A stretch of 64,000 bases of DNA from Candidatus Latescibacterota bacterium (GTDB lineage: Bacteria; Latescibacterota; UBA2968; UBA8231), in assembly GCA_965217585.1 (NCBI GenBank), contig OZ244561.1, forward strand, positions 7,072,001 through 7,136,000. Direction: 5' to 3'. The notes beneath the pieces are model-generated. The model did no database searches. It had not been told where the DNA came from and was given only the letters and a program-made list of their open reading frames with translations. Below, piece after piece: positions 30,151 through 40,194 of this stretch (position 1 is its first letter; each line of letters opens with the position of its first letter). The position numbers were made by a program, and so were the translations under genes.

Positions 30151-32209
30151 CCTTCACCACGCGCTCGGCATCCGCCTTTACCACTAGCTGCACGACATAT
30201 ATACCCGGTGCCACCGGCGCACCGGCGGCGTCCTCTCCACCCCACACCTGGGTATATCTTCCGCTCACCAGATGCGCAACCGGGAAAGCGCGGATGCGGC
30301 GGCCGGATAGGTCGAAAATCTCCACCGCGACTGGCCGCGCACGAGTGAGCCGCAAAAGATTGTAGGTCAGCACAACCTCGTCGTTGACGCCGTCGCCGTT
30401 AGGCGTGAACACCTTTGGCGAGAGGTCGAACGCGTCGAGCAGCGACAGACCTTTCTCCGGCACGGCCAGGTCGACGGCCAGAGCATTGGCGTCTCCCGGT
30501 CCCAGATTGCCCGCATCCCCCGGCACCAGACGCTGAGGCAGGCCCTGGATTTCTCCGGCGTCATCGACCCGAAAGACCCTGCCCGAGAAGCGGGTCCCGA
30601 AACCGAGGACCATGGTGCGAAAATGCAGCCTCACGAGGGGCGACTCTGGGGCCGCGGCGGCCGTGCTTAAATCGACCTGGGGGAACCCTACCACAAAGGC
30701 CCGCTCGCTCACGGATATCACCTCAAAGTCCGTCCCCTCTTGTAATTTCCTGCCTCCGATGAACAGCGAATCCACCCCGGCGATTTTTGTCGGGGTGCTG
30801 ATTTCCAGCCGATTGAAACCGGCGTCCTCCGCGTTGAAGACCGGCTGCAGCCCATAAGTGAACGCCGTGATCTGGCCGGGCGCAACATCTACGGCTGGTT
30901 CGATCTCGGCCGCAATCTGCTGGGCCCCCACCTCGAGGGAAAATTCAAAGGCAAGCCGATTGACGGCCGTCGCTGCCTCGAAATCACGGCTCTTGAACTC
31001 GATCTCGAACTGCAGGAACTGGCGCTCGCCAGGGGAGACGATCTGCCTGCCGTTCTCAACCGGCTGCAAGCCACTCCAGTTTGGATCAGAGGTAAACGGG
31101 ATCTGGGAAGCCCCGAGGGCCCGGTAGCCCTCTAACGTTAGCTCTACGGCCTCTTTTTCTTCAGCGGTCAACGCATTGTAGGTCTCCAAGGCGACGAACC
31201 GGCCGCCCTCATCGCGCAGATCGCGCAGGCTGAAATCGTCCAGGTTCACGGCACTATCCCCCGATCCCGCCCTCGCATTCGCCATCCAGGGCACAACATC
31301 CCCGTTGCTGTTACTGCGCCAGTACACAAAGGGAGTAGAATCGCTGCCAGTGTGCACCCGGATAATGAGCTGAGATGCGTCCGGATCGCCTATTATTTCT
31401 TCCTGCCACTCGATCTTTCCCAGCGCTACCGGTCCCCCGAAGTCGATGGGTTGGGAGCGAAAGACCGCTTCCGGCAGGTAGCCCTCGCCGTAGAGTTCGA
31501 GTTCGGCGATCTCAAATTCCAGGTTGGTCCGCGAAATCAGTTTGAAATAGCGGATGTACTGCTGGCCCAGCGGCACATCTACGGTGTCCTGGGCGTTCAG
31601 CACAATCTGTCTGGTCGGTACCAAGATGGGCCGGCCGCTGCGGTCGGCGGTCTCGGGTGTGCCGTCGTTGATCTGAACGTCAAACTGACTCCATGCCCGC
31701 CCGGTGAATCCAGGCCGAGGATAGAGCCGCAGGAGGTTGACGCCCATCCGCCGACCCAGATCCAGTTCGATGTTCGTGCCCAGGACACTGATATGTCTGC
31801 CGTCCAGTTCCTGCACCCGTTGAAACGCCGTAGTTGTATTTCCGTCGAGCATCTTCCTGAGTTCGGTCTGGCGCTGCGCGGCCAGCAGGTCGAAGACATT
31901 GGGGGCATCGACAGAGCCGCCCAAGTCATAAACCTTGAGCGCGAGGTTGTGTGTGCGAGAAGTATCACCGATGGAATTTCTCACCGGCAAAATGGAGCCG
32001 GGCCGCGCAGCAAAATCCACGCTTGTAGGAAGAGCGGAGTTAGTAGAGGGTTGCAGGAGAGTTTCCCAGGAGACCTCTTCCCCTGGAATGGCGTACCACT
32101 CGACAGCGGCTCCGAGATTTATAGGAAGGCCACAGAGGAACAGGACGAGGATATAATAAAAAACAGCGCCTGTTGCCCCTGGAGCTTCTATCTTTTGGGG
32201 GGCATGCAT
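30125..32209 (-). CDS. Secreted protein with C-terminal FlgD-Ig / type-B-like sorting domain
   Basis: 694 aa paralogue of the two above (shared EIAELELYGEGY, PIDFG, SPGERQFLQ, FTPNGDGVND, VAPGIY..., VAY). Confidence 0.75.
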   Translation of the reverse strand: MHAPQKIEAPGATGAVFYYILVLFLCGLPINLGAAVEWYAIPGEEVSWETLLQPSTNSALPTSVDFAARPGSILPVRNSIGDTSRTHNLALKVYDLGGSVDAPNVFDLLAAQRQTELRKMLDGNTTTAFQRVQELDGRHISVLGTNIELDLGRRMGVNLLRLYPRPGFTGRAWSQFDVQINDGTPETADRSGRPILVPTRQIVLNAQDTVDVPLGQQYIRYFKLISRTNLEFEIAELELYGEGYLPEAVFRSQPIDFGGPVALGKIEWQEEIIGDPDASQLIIRVHTGSDSTPFVYWRSNSNGDVVPWMANARAGSGDSAVNLDDFSLRDLRDEGGRFVALETYNALTAEEKEAVELTLEGYRALGASQIPFTSDPNWSGLQPVENGRQIVSPGERQFLQFEIEFKSRDFEAATAVNRLAFEFSLEVGAQQIAAEIEPAVDVAPGQITAFTYGLQPVFNAEDAGFNRLEISTPTKIAGVDSLFIGGRKLQEGTDFEVISVSERAFVVGFPQVDLSTAAAAPESPLVRLHFRTMVLGFGTRFSGRVFRVDDAGEIQGLPQRLVPGDAGNLGPGDANALAVDLAVPEKGLSLLDAFDLSPKVFTPNGDGVNDEVVLTYNLLRLTRARPVAVEIFDLSGRRIRAFPVAHLVSGRYTQVWGGEDAAGAPVAPGIYVVQLVVKADAERVVKDALVHVAY

Positions 32210-32224
32210 GGGATGTTGTGAGAA

Positions 32225-32260
32225 AAGAGAGAGGAGAAGCTGGAGCTTCTCCTCTCTCTT
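32225..32260 (-). terminator. Intrinsic terminator / stabilising hairpin downstream of the 32288-33217 gene
   Basis: Perfect 16-bp inverted repeat AAGAGAGAGGAGAAGC-TGGA-GCTTCTCCTCTCTCTT. The minus strand continues TTCT. Confidence 0.7.
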
Positions 32261-32287
32261 AAATTCTAATACTGATCCGCCAGTTTC

Positions 32288-33217
32288 TTACTGGGCGAAC
32301 GTGGATTTGATTGCTCCCCAGGAATCCGTTTCCACTGCCGTCGCGCCAGAAGGTGAGGCGAGGAGAAAGTCTACAAAGTTGTCGGCATTGTTCCAGGTGG
32401 AGCCCCCTCCCAGATTCGGGTAGGCATAATAAACGGCGCGACCTTCCTCGTTAAAGGAGTCGAAGTCCGCAACATTGACCTGCATGTGGACGATTTCGCC
32501 TGCTTGCAGGTCGCGTTCGATGCTATCATTCGCTCCTGCTGGATTCAGGTCGTCCCAGGGAGTCGTATACGCTTCATAAATAAAGGAAGCCGGGCCGGAG
32601 TTATGTTCGCCAATTGTCGTATTGGCAGCGTCCATGTAGGGCGGGACAGCGACCCAGGATGCGCCAGCGGAAAATAGCGTCACTCCGTGGAAGGGATCGA
32701 GCACGATCTGCTGCGCCTGCGAATAAGCCCAGCGCGTCTCCTCTTCGGCCTCGAGTCCCAAGCAAGCGTAAGGGCCGCCACTGTGATCCGCATCGACATT
32801 CCACTCGATGTTATCCGACTGGGTGTCAAAGATCCCCGAGGTCAGGGTTTCCGAGATGTAGAGATTGTCGAACACTTCTGCGCCGAGGTAGAGCCGGTTC
32901 GTATTTTCGGCCCAGCCTAGGGCAAAACGCACGGCGAGATTGTCCAAGTTGTAAGTCGCTCCGGTACCCCAGAAATCGTTGCTGGTCATGGCTTCGGTAG
33001 TGATCCAGAAGACCGGGTCAGTTATCGTAGCCTCCCAATCGCCGATATCTGCGTTCAGAGTGGGAATCTCGTTCTCCGCAAACCCGTATGCCACCAGCAG
33101 ACCGCCGTAATCTTCGCCGGTGTCACCTACGACATTGAGGTGGGCCCGGGAATCCGTAGGCACACCGATGAGTAGGCCGATCGCCAGCACAGAAATGAGC
33201 AATTTATTCATTCTCAT
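32288..33217 (-). CDS. Secreted acidic protein (CBM9-like fold possible) with C-terminal 'TAVETDSWGAIK' motif
   Basis: Start reassigned to ATG 33217 (MRMNKLLISVLAIG..., signal peptide, GGGAG RBS). The track's upstream extension is AT-rich intergenic DNA. Confidence 0.75.
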   Translation of the reverse strand: MRMNKLLISVLAIGLLIGVPTDSRAHLNVVGDTGEDYGGLLVAYGFAENEIPTLNADIGDWEATITDPVFWITTEAMTSNDFWGTGATYNLDNLAVRFALGWAENTNRLYLGAEVFDNLYISETLTSGIFDTQSDNIEWNVDADHSGGPYACLGLEAEEETRWAYSQAQQIVLDPFHGVTLFSAGASWVAVPPYMDAANTTIGEHNSGPASFIYEAYTTPWDDLNPAGANDSIERDLQAGEIVHMQVNVADFDSFNEEGRAVYYAYPNLGGGSTWNNADNFVDFLLASPSGATAVETDSWGAIKSTFAQ

Positions 33218-33512
33218 TATTAACTCCCTGATGAAAGATAAAGGGTGAATATAGCCGTAATACATTCCAGCCGAGCAAGTTGAAAACACTCTCTTCCCCT
33301 CCTTTCTATTTTTGTTTTGAGAGTAAAAAAATCGCTTGAAATGGTAAGATAAGCACCTAGGGTTCCCGCGCAACCATACTTTAAATATCGATAACCCCGC
33401 ATGCTTTCCTGACCGTTCCATGAATTCGCCGGCGGCGACTACGTCTTCGTACACGGGCAATTGCATAAAATCCTCCGCTTGACGGCTAGAAAGCTGAGGC
33501 CGCATTTTACTG

Positions 33513-35852
33513 GTGACCCATACTGGCAACACTACCCTGGGGACGTGCAAAACGTTGAACTATCTACCATCCATTGCCAAAAGCGCCGTCGTCCTAGCGC
33601 TGCTCGCCGCACCAAGCCAAGCGCGGGAAACCCCCGTCGTCCAAGCCACCCGCACGCCCACGCCCCCTAGCATCGACGGTCGCCTCGACGATTCGGTCTG
33701 GCACCAAGCCCCGACCATAGCCGACTTTTTCCAGCGCGAGCCCGTCGAAGGCGCCCCGCCCACCGAGCAGACCCAAGTCCGCATCCTCTTTGACGACGAC
33801 CACCTATACTTTGCCCTGCGCTGTTTCGACAGCCAAGCCGACCGCCTAGTGGCCAACCAGATGCGGCGCGATGCCGACTTGGACGAAAACGACAATATCC
33901 AGATTATCCTCGATCCCTATAACGACCGCCGCGGCGGCTTCTACTTTAGCACCAATCCCCTAGGTGCTCGCCAAGATCTGCTGCTCACCGACGAGGGCCG
34001 CACCCGCAACCAAGCCTGGGACAGCGTCTGGCAGAGCCGCACCCGGATCGACAGCCTGGGCTGGAGCGCCGAAGTGGCCATTCCCTTCGATCAGGTGCGC
34101 TATCCCGACAGCGACCAAGCCGTGTGGGGCATTAATATCGGCCGCGCCATTCGCCGCAAAAACGAGGAAGTCTTCCTCGTGCCTCCGCCCCAATCCTATG
34201 GTTTTAGAGGCCGCTACCGCACCTCGCTTCTAGCGACCCTGACGGGTTTGGGCCAGCTGCAGAGCCGCCCGCCCCTAGCGGTCGTCCCCTTCTTGCTGAG
34301 CGGCACCCAGCGCGATTTTACGGCCGACGGCCCCACTGAATACGACCTAGATCCGGGCTTGGATTTCAAATACGGCCTCACTCCCTCGCTGACTTTGGAC
34401 CTTTCCTACAAAACCGACTTCGCCCAAGTGGAAGCCGACCAAGAGCAGATCAACCTCACCCGCTTCAGCCTGTTCTTTCCCGAAAAACGCGACTTCTTCC
34501 TCGAAGGGGCTGGCATTTTTGAATTTGGCGAACGCGTCGAAAGGCAGGGCAGTGGCGGTCGTCCGCCCACCCTGCTGTTCTACAGCCGCCGCATTGGCAT
34601 TGAAGAGGGCCATAATCTGCCCGTATTGGCCGGAGGCAAACTCACCGGACGAGCCGGTCCCTACCAGATTGGTACCCTGCGCATGACCACCCAAGCCATG
34701 ACCTTTGTCGATGAAGAAGAGGAGGATCGCTTTGTAACCGCAGGCGGCGACTTGCTCGACGAGGACCAAGTCGGGCTAAGTGGGGCAGCCATCGTCGATA
34801 CCTTGCAGCTAAACATCCTCGACACCCTGCGCGTAGCCCAGACCGACTTCACGGTCCTGCGCCTCAAGCGCGACCTGCTGGGCCGCTCCAACCTCGGCTT
34901 TATCGCCATCGACAAGCAACCCGGCTCCGAGGGTGATTACAACCGCACCGGCGGCGTGGACTTCACCCTGTCGCTGTTGCAGGCCGCTCTCAACCTGCGC
35001 GGCTTTGCCGCCAAGACTTGGATACCCCAAATAGAAGGCCGTGACCGGGCCGGCCTCCTGGAGCTGGACTACCGCCAAGGCCGCTTTGAGACCCGCCTGA
35101 GTTATCTGGACGTGGAAGAGGACTTTGCGCCCGAAGTAGGCTTTGTGCCGCGCACCGACATCCGCCGCCTCAAAGGCAGCGGGCGCTACCGGCCCCGACC
35201 GGCTATCGACTGGATCCGCATGTTCTCGCTCGGGCCGCGCTTTACCTACCTGACGGACCGGAACAATACCTTGCAGAGCCGCGATTTTGAATTCTCCGCC
35301 TTTGTCAATTTGGAAGTGGGAGACTGGTTCGGGGCGCGCTACCGCCAGCGCTACGAGCTTTTGGAGGAGGCGTTTGAGATACGCGACGACCAAGAAATTT
35401 CCCCAGGCGCGTACGAATTTGGCAGCTACCAGTTCAATCTCTTCGCCAATTCGAGCCGCCGCCTCTCGGGCCGCACTTCGTACGAATACGGCGATTTCTT
35501 CAACGGCATCCGCCAGCGCGTTTCCACCGAGGCCATCTGGCGCTACAATGCCCGCTTAGAGCTGGAGGGGACCTACGAGTTCAACCACATCAACCTGCCC
35601 AACGGTGCCTTCAACACCCACCTGTTCGGGCACCGCTTCCTCTATTCCTTCTCGCCCGACATGTTCGTGCGCGGCTTCTTGCAGTGGAACAGCGCCCAAG
35701 AGCTAGTGGGTGGCAATTTCCTATTCAACTACCGCTATCTGCCCGGCAGCGATCTGTTCCTCGTGTACAATCAGGTTTGGGATACGGAGGGAGGGTTGCA
35801 GCAGGCCAGCCGCTCGCTGCAACTCAAGTTGTCGTACTATTGGCAGCGCTGA
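33513..35852 (+). CDS. CBM9-like + DUF5916 outer-membrane protein
   Basis: 'PSIDGRLDDSVW', 'WSAEVAIPF', 'TDFAQVEAD...INLTRFSLFFPEKRDFFLEG', 'FYSRRIG', beta-barrel end 'KLSYYW'. Confidence 0.88.
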   Translation: MTHTGNTTLGTCKTLNYLPSIAKSAVVLALLAAPSQARETPVVQATRTPTPPSIDGRLDDSVWHQAPTIADFFQREPVEGAPPTEQTQVRILFDDDHLYFALRCFDSQADRLVANQMRRDADLDENDNIQIILDPYNDRRGGFYFSTNPLGARQDLLLTDEGRTRNQAWDSVWQSRTRIDSLGWSAEVAIPFDQVRYPDSDQAVWGINIGRAIRRKNEEVFLVPPPQSYGFRGRYRTSLLATLTGLGQLQSRPPLAVVPFLLSGTQRDFTADGPTEYDLDPGLDFKYGLTPSLTLDLSYKTDFAQVEADQEQINLTRFSLFFPEKRDFFLEGAGIFEFGERVERQGSGGRPPTLLFYSRRIGIEEGHNLPVLAGGKLTGRAGPYQIGTLRMTTQAMTFVDEEEEDRFVTAGGDLLDEDQVGLSGAAIVDTLQLNILDTLRVAQTDFTVLRLKRDLLGRSNLGFIAIDKQPGSEGDYNRTGGVDFTLSLLQAALNLRGFAAKTWIPQIEGRDRAGLLELDYRQGRFETRLSYLDVEEDFAPEVGFVPRTDIRRLKGSGRYRPRPAIDWIRMFSLGPRFTYLTDRNNTLQSRDFEFSAFVNLEVGDWFGARYRQRYELLEEAFEIRDDQEISPGAYEFGSYQFNLFANSSRRLSGRTSYEYGDFFNGIRQRVSTEAIWRYNARLELEGTYEFNHINLPNGAFNTHLFGHRFLYSFSPDMFVRGFLQWNSAQELVGGNFLFNYRYLPGSDLFLVYNQVWDTEGGLQQASRSLQLKLSYYWQR

Positions 35853-35998
35853 AACTACCGCTGGCTTTGCACCTCATCAAATCACGAGAGATCGCACTGC
35901 TTCTCCAAGCTCTTCACCGCTACCCTTGCCCCCGCCCGAGAGTTTAAAGGGGCGTTGTTGCATGAATCATCTTGGTTGTCAAGAGATGCCCTAAATAT

Positions 35999-36023
35999 GT
36001 AGGGGGCCCCCTTGTGGGCACCC
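35999..36023 (+). repeat. Single REP-like palindrome
   Basis: GTAG followed by imperfect hairpin GGGGGCCC-CCTTGT-GGGCACCC between convergent genes. GTAG-headed hairpins are the known REP architecture. Only one copy seen. Confidence 0.4.
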
Positions 36024-36048
36024 TCAGTTCTTGACGCGGTACAGATTC

Positions 36049-37518
36049 CTATTCAACAGGTCGTGCATCGTTGCGGTCTTCGAGCCAGTAGGCGTAGAGG
36101 CGGGCTTGGTGCAGGTAGAACTTCAGGCGCACCGGTTTTTCAAATACCAAGTCGTGCGGGTGCTTCCAGACGTATTTGGCGCGCAGGCTGTCGCCGCTAA
36201 AAGGCGGCGGCTCCTCCCCGGGCACCCAGAAGTTAGGGAGGGGGCTGCCGGTCTCGGCGTCTTGGATCTCGGCGTAGATTTCGCCCCAGCGGGCGTCGGC
36301 GTTGAGGTAGAGGTCTTCGCCGCGCCAGTGGAAGGGATGGGTGACGAGGGTGGCGATTTCGTCGCCGTCGATGGAGACGAAGCGGTCGGGCGGCAGCTTG
36401 GCCAAGCAGAGCGCGCCCGGGTCGGCGAAGTGGCGCTGGTCCACCCCGAGCCGGAACAGCTCCTTGCAGCGGTTAAAGCGCTGGTACATTTCCACGCTGC
36501 TCGGGATGCGGAGGGCGTTGTAGTAAATCCAAATCTCGCCGTCTTCGCGCACCAGCGGCGCACCGGACATGAGGAGTTGGCTGGTGCCGTAGTTTTCCCC
36601 GTCAAAGGGTTCGATGCCGATAAAGGGCGTGCGCTCGGCCACCCGATCATAGGTGTGCAGGTCGCGCGAGACCGCCATTTCAATCTGGTTGATGCGGGTG
36701 AAGTTGGTGGCCGGCGGCGGGATAGCGCCGATGGGGTTAAAGACGGTGGGGAAGCCGATGTACAGGCCCTGATAGGGCATGACGGCCATGTTGTAGATCT
36801 CGGCGTAGTAGTCTTCGTCATCGACGATTGGCGGGGTGATGTACGCTGGGTCGTCGATGATGGTGCGGACGCGCTGGCGGCAGTTTTCCCAGTCGGTTTC
36901 GTCGGCGTGGAAGATGAGTTCGGGCGCGGTGAAGTGGTCGAAGTCACGGCTGGTCGCCAGCCAGACCGAGCGGCCCCACTCGGTGGGCTGCTTGACCAAG
37001 GCGAGGAATTGCTCGGTATAGGGATCGTACGCGAACTGGGACTCGTCTTGGCTGGGGATGAAGGCGCTGGTGAGCGGGGTCCAGGCAAACCCGTCGGGCG
37101 AGATGGCACCGCAGCGGCCGCGGCCGTCGGGCGCGTTGAACAGGGCCTTGTAGCGGCGGCCGGGGTCTGGGTCGCGCTCGTCGCGGACGATGTGGTACAG
37201 GCCCGGGCCGTTGGGATCGCAGGCGATGTTGTTGTCTTTGCTGCCGTTCCACTCGTATAGCCCCAGAGAGGGTTTTTCCCAGTGCTCGCCGTCGCGGGAG
37301 ATGGCAAAGCGGGCTTGCGGGCCGTTGTACCACCATTCGTAGCGCTCCTCGTCCGGGTTCCACAAGGGCGCGCTGCGGCTCTGGATGCCGCCAGTGATGA
37401 GGGGGCCACACCTTTTGGGCGGATGCAGAGTGCGGGTGGTGCCTTGCTCAGAGACTAAGGCGCGGCTGTCGAGGAAGAGCTGGCGATGCTTTTTGGGGTC
37501 GATGAGGTCAGTGGACAT
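36049..37518 (-). CDS. Hypothetical five-bladed beta-propeller glycosidase-like protein (GH32/43-like)
   Basis: Asp-box-like repeats 'SRDGEHWEKP', 'SPDGFAW', 'SRDFDHF', 'SRDLHTY'. C-terminal 'RLKFYL..ARLYAY'. Confidence 0.65.
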   Translation of the reverse strand: MSTDLIDPKKHRQLFLDSRALVSEQGTTRTLHPPKRCGPLITGGIQSRSAPLWNPDEERYEWWYNGPQARFAISRDGEHWEKPSLGLYEWNGSKDNNIACDPNGPGLYHIVRDERDPDPGRRYKALFNAPDGRGRCGAISPDGFAWTPLTSAFIPSQDESQFAYDPYTEQFLALVKQPTEWGRSVWLATSRDFDHFTAPELIFHADETDWENCRQRVRTIIDDPAYITPPIVDDEDYYAEIYNMAVMPYQGLYIGFPTVFNPIGAIPPPATNFTRINQIEMAVSRDLHTYDRVAERTPFIGIEPFDGENYGTSQLLMSGAPLVREDGEIWIYYNALRIPSSVEMYQRFNRCKELFRLGVDQRHFADPGALCLAKLPPDRFVSIDGDEIATLVTHPFHWRGEDLYLNADARWGEIYAEIQDAETGSPLPNFWVPGEEPPPFSGDSLRAKYVWKHPHDLVFEKPVRLKFYLHQARLYAYWLEDRNDARPVE

Positions 37519-37527
37519 GGTTATCGC

Positions 37528-38529
37528 TCATAGCGCAAAGGGTGGAATGCGGAGAAACGCGCCCCCTTGCCGGGCGGACTCTTGGGCCAGCAGGCAGGCT
37601 TGGGCGGTGGCGAACACCGAGCGGGTGGGGATGAAGAGGTCGGTGCCGCGTTCAATGGCGTCGATCAGGTTGGCGACTAACGCGCCGCTTTGGTCTTCAG
37701 GCAAATCGGGCGCGTACGGGCCGCGCTCGTTGGTGGCGATGAGCAGATGGGCTTCGGCATAGGCGCGCAAGTGCGCCGAGCCGGCCGTGCCCATGACGAT
37801 GAAACGCGTGTCGCCAAACGAGGGTGCGGATTGGGGCGTAAGCCAGTCGGCGGTGAGGGTCGCCAGCGCGCCGTCGGATAGCTCGAAGGAAGCCTGCACG
37901 TGGTCGTCTAAGCGCGGCTCTGCCGTGAACCGCTTGCAGGTGGTGAGGGCGTGGACGCCGACGCATTCGGCACCGGTGAGCCAGCGGATTTGATCGACGC
38001 CGTGGCAAGCTAGGTCGTGGAACGCGCCCGTGTACTGATTGGGGTCGAAATACCAAGCCGGAGCAGTGGCGCGGCGGATCTTGTGCGGGTGGGTGGAGAT
38101 GAGGCTGGCGATGGTCCCGAGCGCACCGTCGAGAATGGCTTGGCGCAGGGTGATAAACGGCGGATAGCTGCGCGAGGTGAACCACATGGACACGTGGATT
38201 GGGCTGGCGGCCACGGCGCAGCGCATGCGCTCCCAGTCGTCGAGCGTGCGGCACAGAGGTTTGTCGAGGAGCAGGTGAATGCCAGCGCGGGCGCAGGTTT
38301 CCACGAGCGCGGTTTTCTCGTGGTGGATCAAGCCTTCGAGGATTAGCTCGGGTCGGGCGCGGGCGATCATGTCGTCCAAGGTGGCAAAGCGGGGGATGGA
38401 TGCATAGCGCACGCAGAGCGCGTCGTCGTCTTCAACCAAGCCGACGATTTGGCCGTTTGATGCCTGCAAAGCGGATTGGATCATGCCGCTGATGTGGCCG
38501 TAGTGGACGCCCATGATGCCGATGCGCAT
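37528..38529 (-). CDS. Gfo/Idh/MocA family oxidoreductase
   Basis: Start reassigned to MRIGIMG at 38529. 'HLLLDKP', 'DLACHGVD'. Confidence 0.88.
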   Translation of the reverse strand: MRIGIMGVHYGHISGMIQSALQASNGQIVGLVEDDDALCVRYASIPRFATLDDMIARARPELILEGLIHHEKTALVETCARAGIHLLLDKPLCRTLDDWERMRCAVAASPIHVSMWFTSRSYPPFITLRQAILDGALGTIASLISTHPHKIRRATAPAWYFDPNQYTGAFHDLACHGVDQIRWLTGAECVGVHALTTCKRFTAEPRLDDHVQASFELSDGALATLTADWLTPQSAPSFGDTRFIVMGTAGSAHLRAYAEAHLLIATNERGPYAPDLPEDQSGALVANLIDAIERGTDLFIPTRSVFATAQACLLAQESARQGGAFLRIPPFAL

Positions 38530-38670
38530 GATGAACCCTCCGAGTGAAGCTGACGCGATTGGCGCAGATGAAAGTAAGGCGCGGTGGGTTAATGCGCTAC
38601 GGCTATTGTGGCGTATATTCAGGCACGGAATAGCGCCTGACGCGCTGCCCGCAAACAAAGGACCCGAACC

Positions 38671-40191
38671 ATGTCTGATTGGCTTACCACGAGACAGTTG
38701 CAGCACTTGCAGCGCGGCTACCGCAAGCGGGTCGAGACGCCCATCCCAACCCAAGTCGTATCCAGTGGCGAGTGCTTCCCGCCGCCGCAGTCTCGCCGCC
38801 AAGCCCAAGCCGAGGCGCTAATGCGCGAAAAGACCGACTTCTACGCGGGTCGCCAGGGGATGCCCCGCCAGCGGTATCTCCGCTCGCCCAGCGGCATGGC
38901 CGCGGCGTTTATGGCGATGAATCAAGTCTATGGCGATGTCTATCGCGTCGATCCGGCAGAGGCCGAAGACCCGGCGGCTGCCGAAGACCAGCGCAACCAG
39001 ACCCGCGATCAGTTTATCTTTGACGTCCACACCCACCACGTGCGCGAGGACTACACCTGGGAAGGTCAGCTCTGGCTGCGCGATGTGGCGCGGGGCAACA
39101 ACCAAGCCCAGACCCCGTGGAATCCAGCGCTGGTCGAGCAGGAGCTGGACCTGAAGTACTACAAGTTCGATTACTACGTCAAAGACATGTTTTTCGACAG
39201 CGACACCACGCTGGCGCTGTTGAGCACCTCGCCCTCGGTCGATCCCGAAAAGACGCTGTTGTCCGATCGGCAGATGGTCGCCACGCGGGACCAAGTCAAC
39301 GAGATCGCCGGTACGCGGCGCATGTTCGCCCACGGGGTCATCTGGCCGAGCGCACCCGAGTACCTCGAGCTAATGGAACCGGCGGCGACGGAATTGAAGG
39401 TGGACTCTTGGAAGGGCTACACCATCGGCGACGTGCTGGGCTACCATCCCACCTTTGACCGGCCCTGGTGCCTCGACGACGAAAAACTAACGTGGCCCAC
39501 CTACGAAAAGGCCCGCCAGCTCGGCGTGCGCAACATCTGCATCCACAAAGGCGTTTTGCCGATTGACTACGAGCGCCTTCCCAACTGGCAATACGCCAGT
39601 GTCGAGGACGTGGGCGGCGCGGCGGCAGCGTGGCCCGACCTGAATTTCCACATCTACCACGCGGGTCTGAAGATGTGGCGGGACGCCGAATCAGTCAGCG
39701 AGGAATTTGAACGCACCGGGCGGCTGGCTTGGATCGACGAGCTGGCTGCCATCCCCGCCGAATACGGGGTGTCGAATGTGTACGCGGATATTGGCCTGTC
39801 GTTTGGGGCGCTGGCGATCACGCATCCGCGACTGGCCGCGGCTATGGTGGCTAAGTTGATCAAGGGCCTCGGCGTTGATCACGTGTTGTGGGGGACGGAT
39901 TCTATTTGGTTTGGCTCGCCGCAATGGCAGATTGAGGCCTTTCGCCGGATTGAGCTGCCGCCCGACTTGCAGGACAAACTCGATCTAGCGCCGCTCGGCC
40001 CGGCCGACGGCCCGGTGAAAAACGCGATCTTCGGTATCAACGCCGCTGGGCAATACGGCCTTGCGATGGACGATCAGGGCCGACCTGTTACCGACTATGC
40101 TGGCGACGCGCTGTCGCAACTCAAGGCCGAATACTTGGCGGCGGGCAATGAGCGCGATAATCTATTTTGGGGGTGGATTCACAGGGAGTAG
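38671..40191 (+). CDS. Amidohydrolase family protein
   Basis: 'FDVHTH', 'ICIHKG', 'IYHAG', 'LWGTDSIW'. Confidence 0.88.
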   Translation: MSDWLTTRQLQHLQRGYRKRVETPIPTQVVSSGECFPPPQSRRQAQAEALMREKTDFYAGRQGMPRQRYLRSPSGMAAAFMAMNQVYGDVYRVDPAEAEDPAAAEDQRNQTRDQFIFDVHTHHVREDYTWEGQLWLRDVARGNNQAQTPWNPALVEQELDLKYYKFDYYVKDMFFDSDTTLALLSTSPSVDPEKTLLSDRQMVATRDQVNEIAGTRRMFAHGVIWPSAPEYLELMEPAATELKVDSWKGYTIGDVLGYHPTFDRPWCLDDEKLTWPTYEKARQLGVRNICIHKGVLPIDYERLPNWQYASVEDVGGAAAAWPDLNFHIYHAGLKMWRDAESVSEEFERTGRLAWIDELAAIPAEYGVSNVYADIGLSFGALAITHPRLAAAMVAKLIKGLGVDHVLWGTDSIWFGSPQWQIEAFRRIELPPDLQDKLDLAPLGPADGPVKNAIFGINAAGQYGLAMDDQGRPVTDYAGDALSQLKAEYLAAGNERDNLFWGWIHRE

Positions 40192-40194
40192 GGA

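Noticed and set aside
33218-33550. N-terminal extension of the 420-aa track ORF (similarly the extensions of the 426-, 329- and 287-aa ORFs)
   Set aside because: The extension covers intergenic DNA or neighbouring genes. Better starts with an RBS and/or a family-typical N-terminus exist downstream.
36031-37409. Long alternative-frame ORFs (36031-37260 +, 36123-37409 -; likewise 28021-29412 +, 41932-43386 +, 11338-12489 +)
   Set aside because: Shadows of well-supported genes caused by GC-rich codon bias. No motifs, RBS or paralogue support, unlike the nested ORF at 61212.
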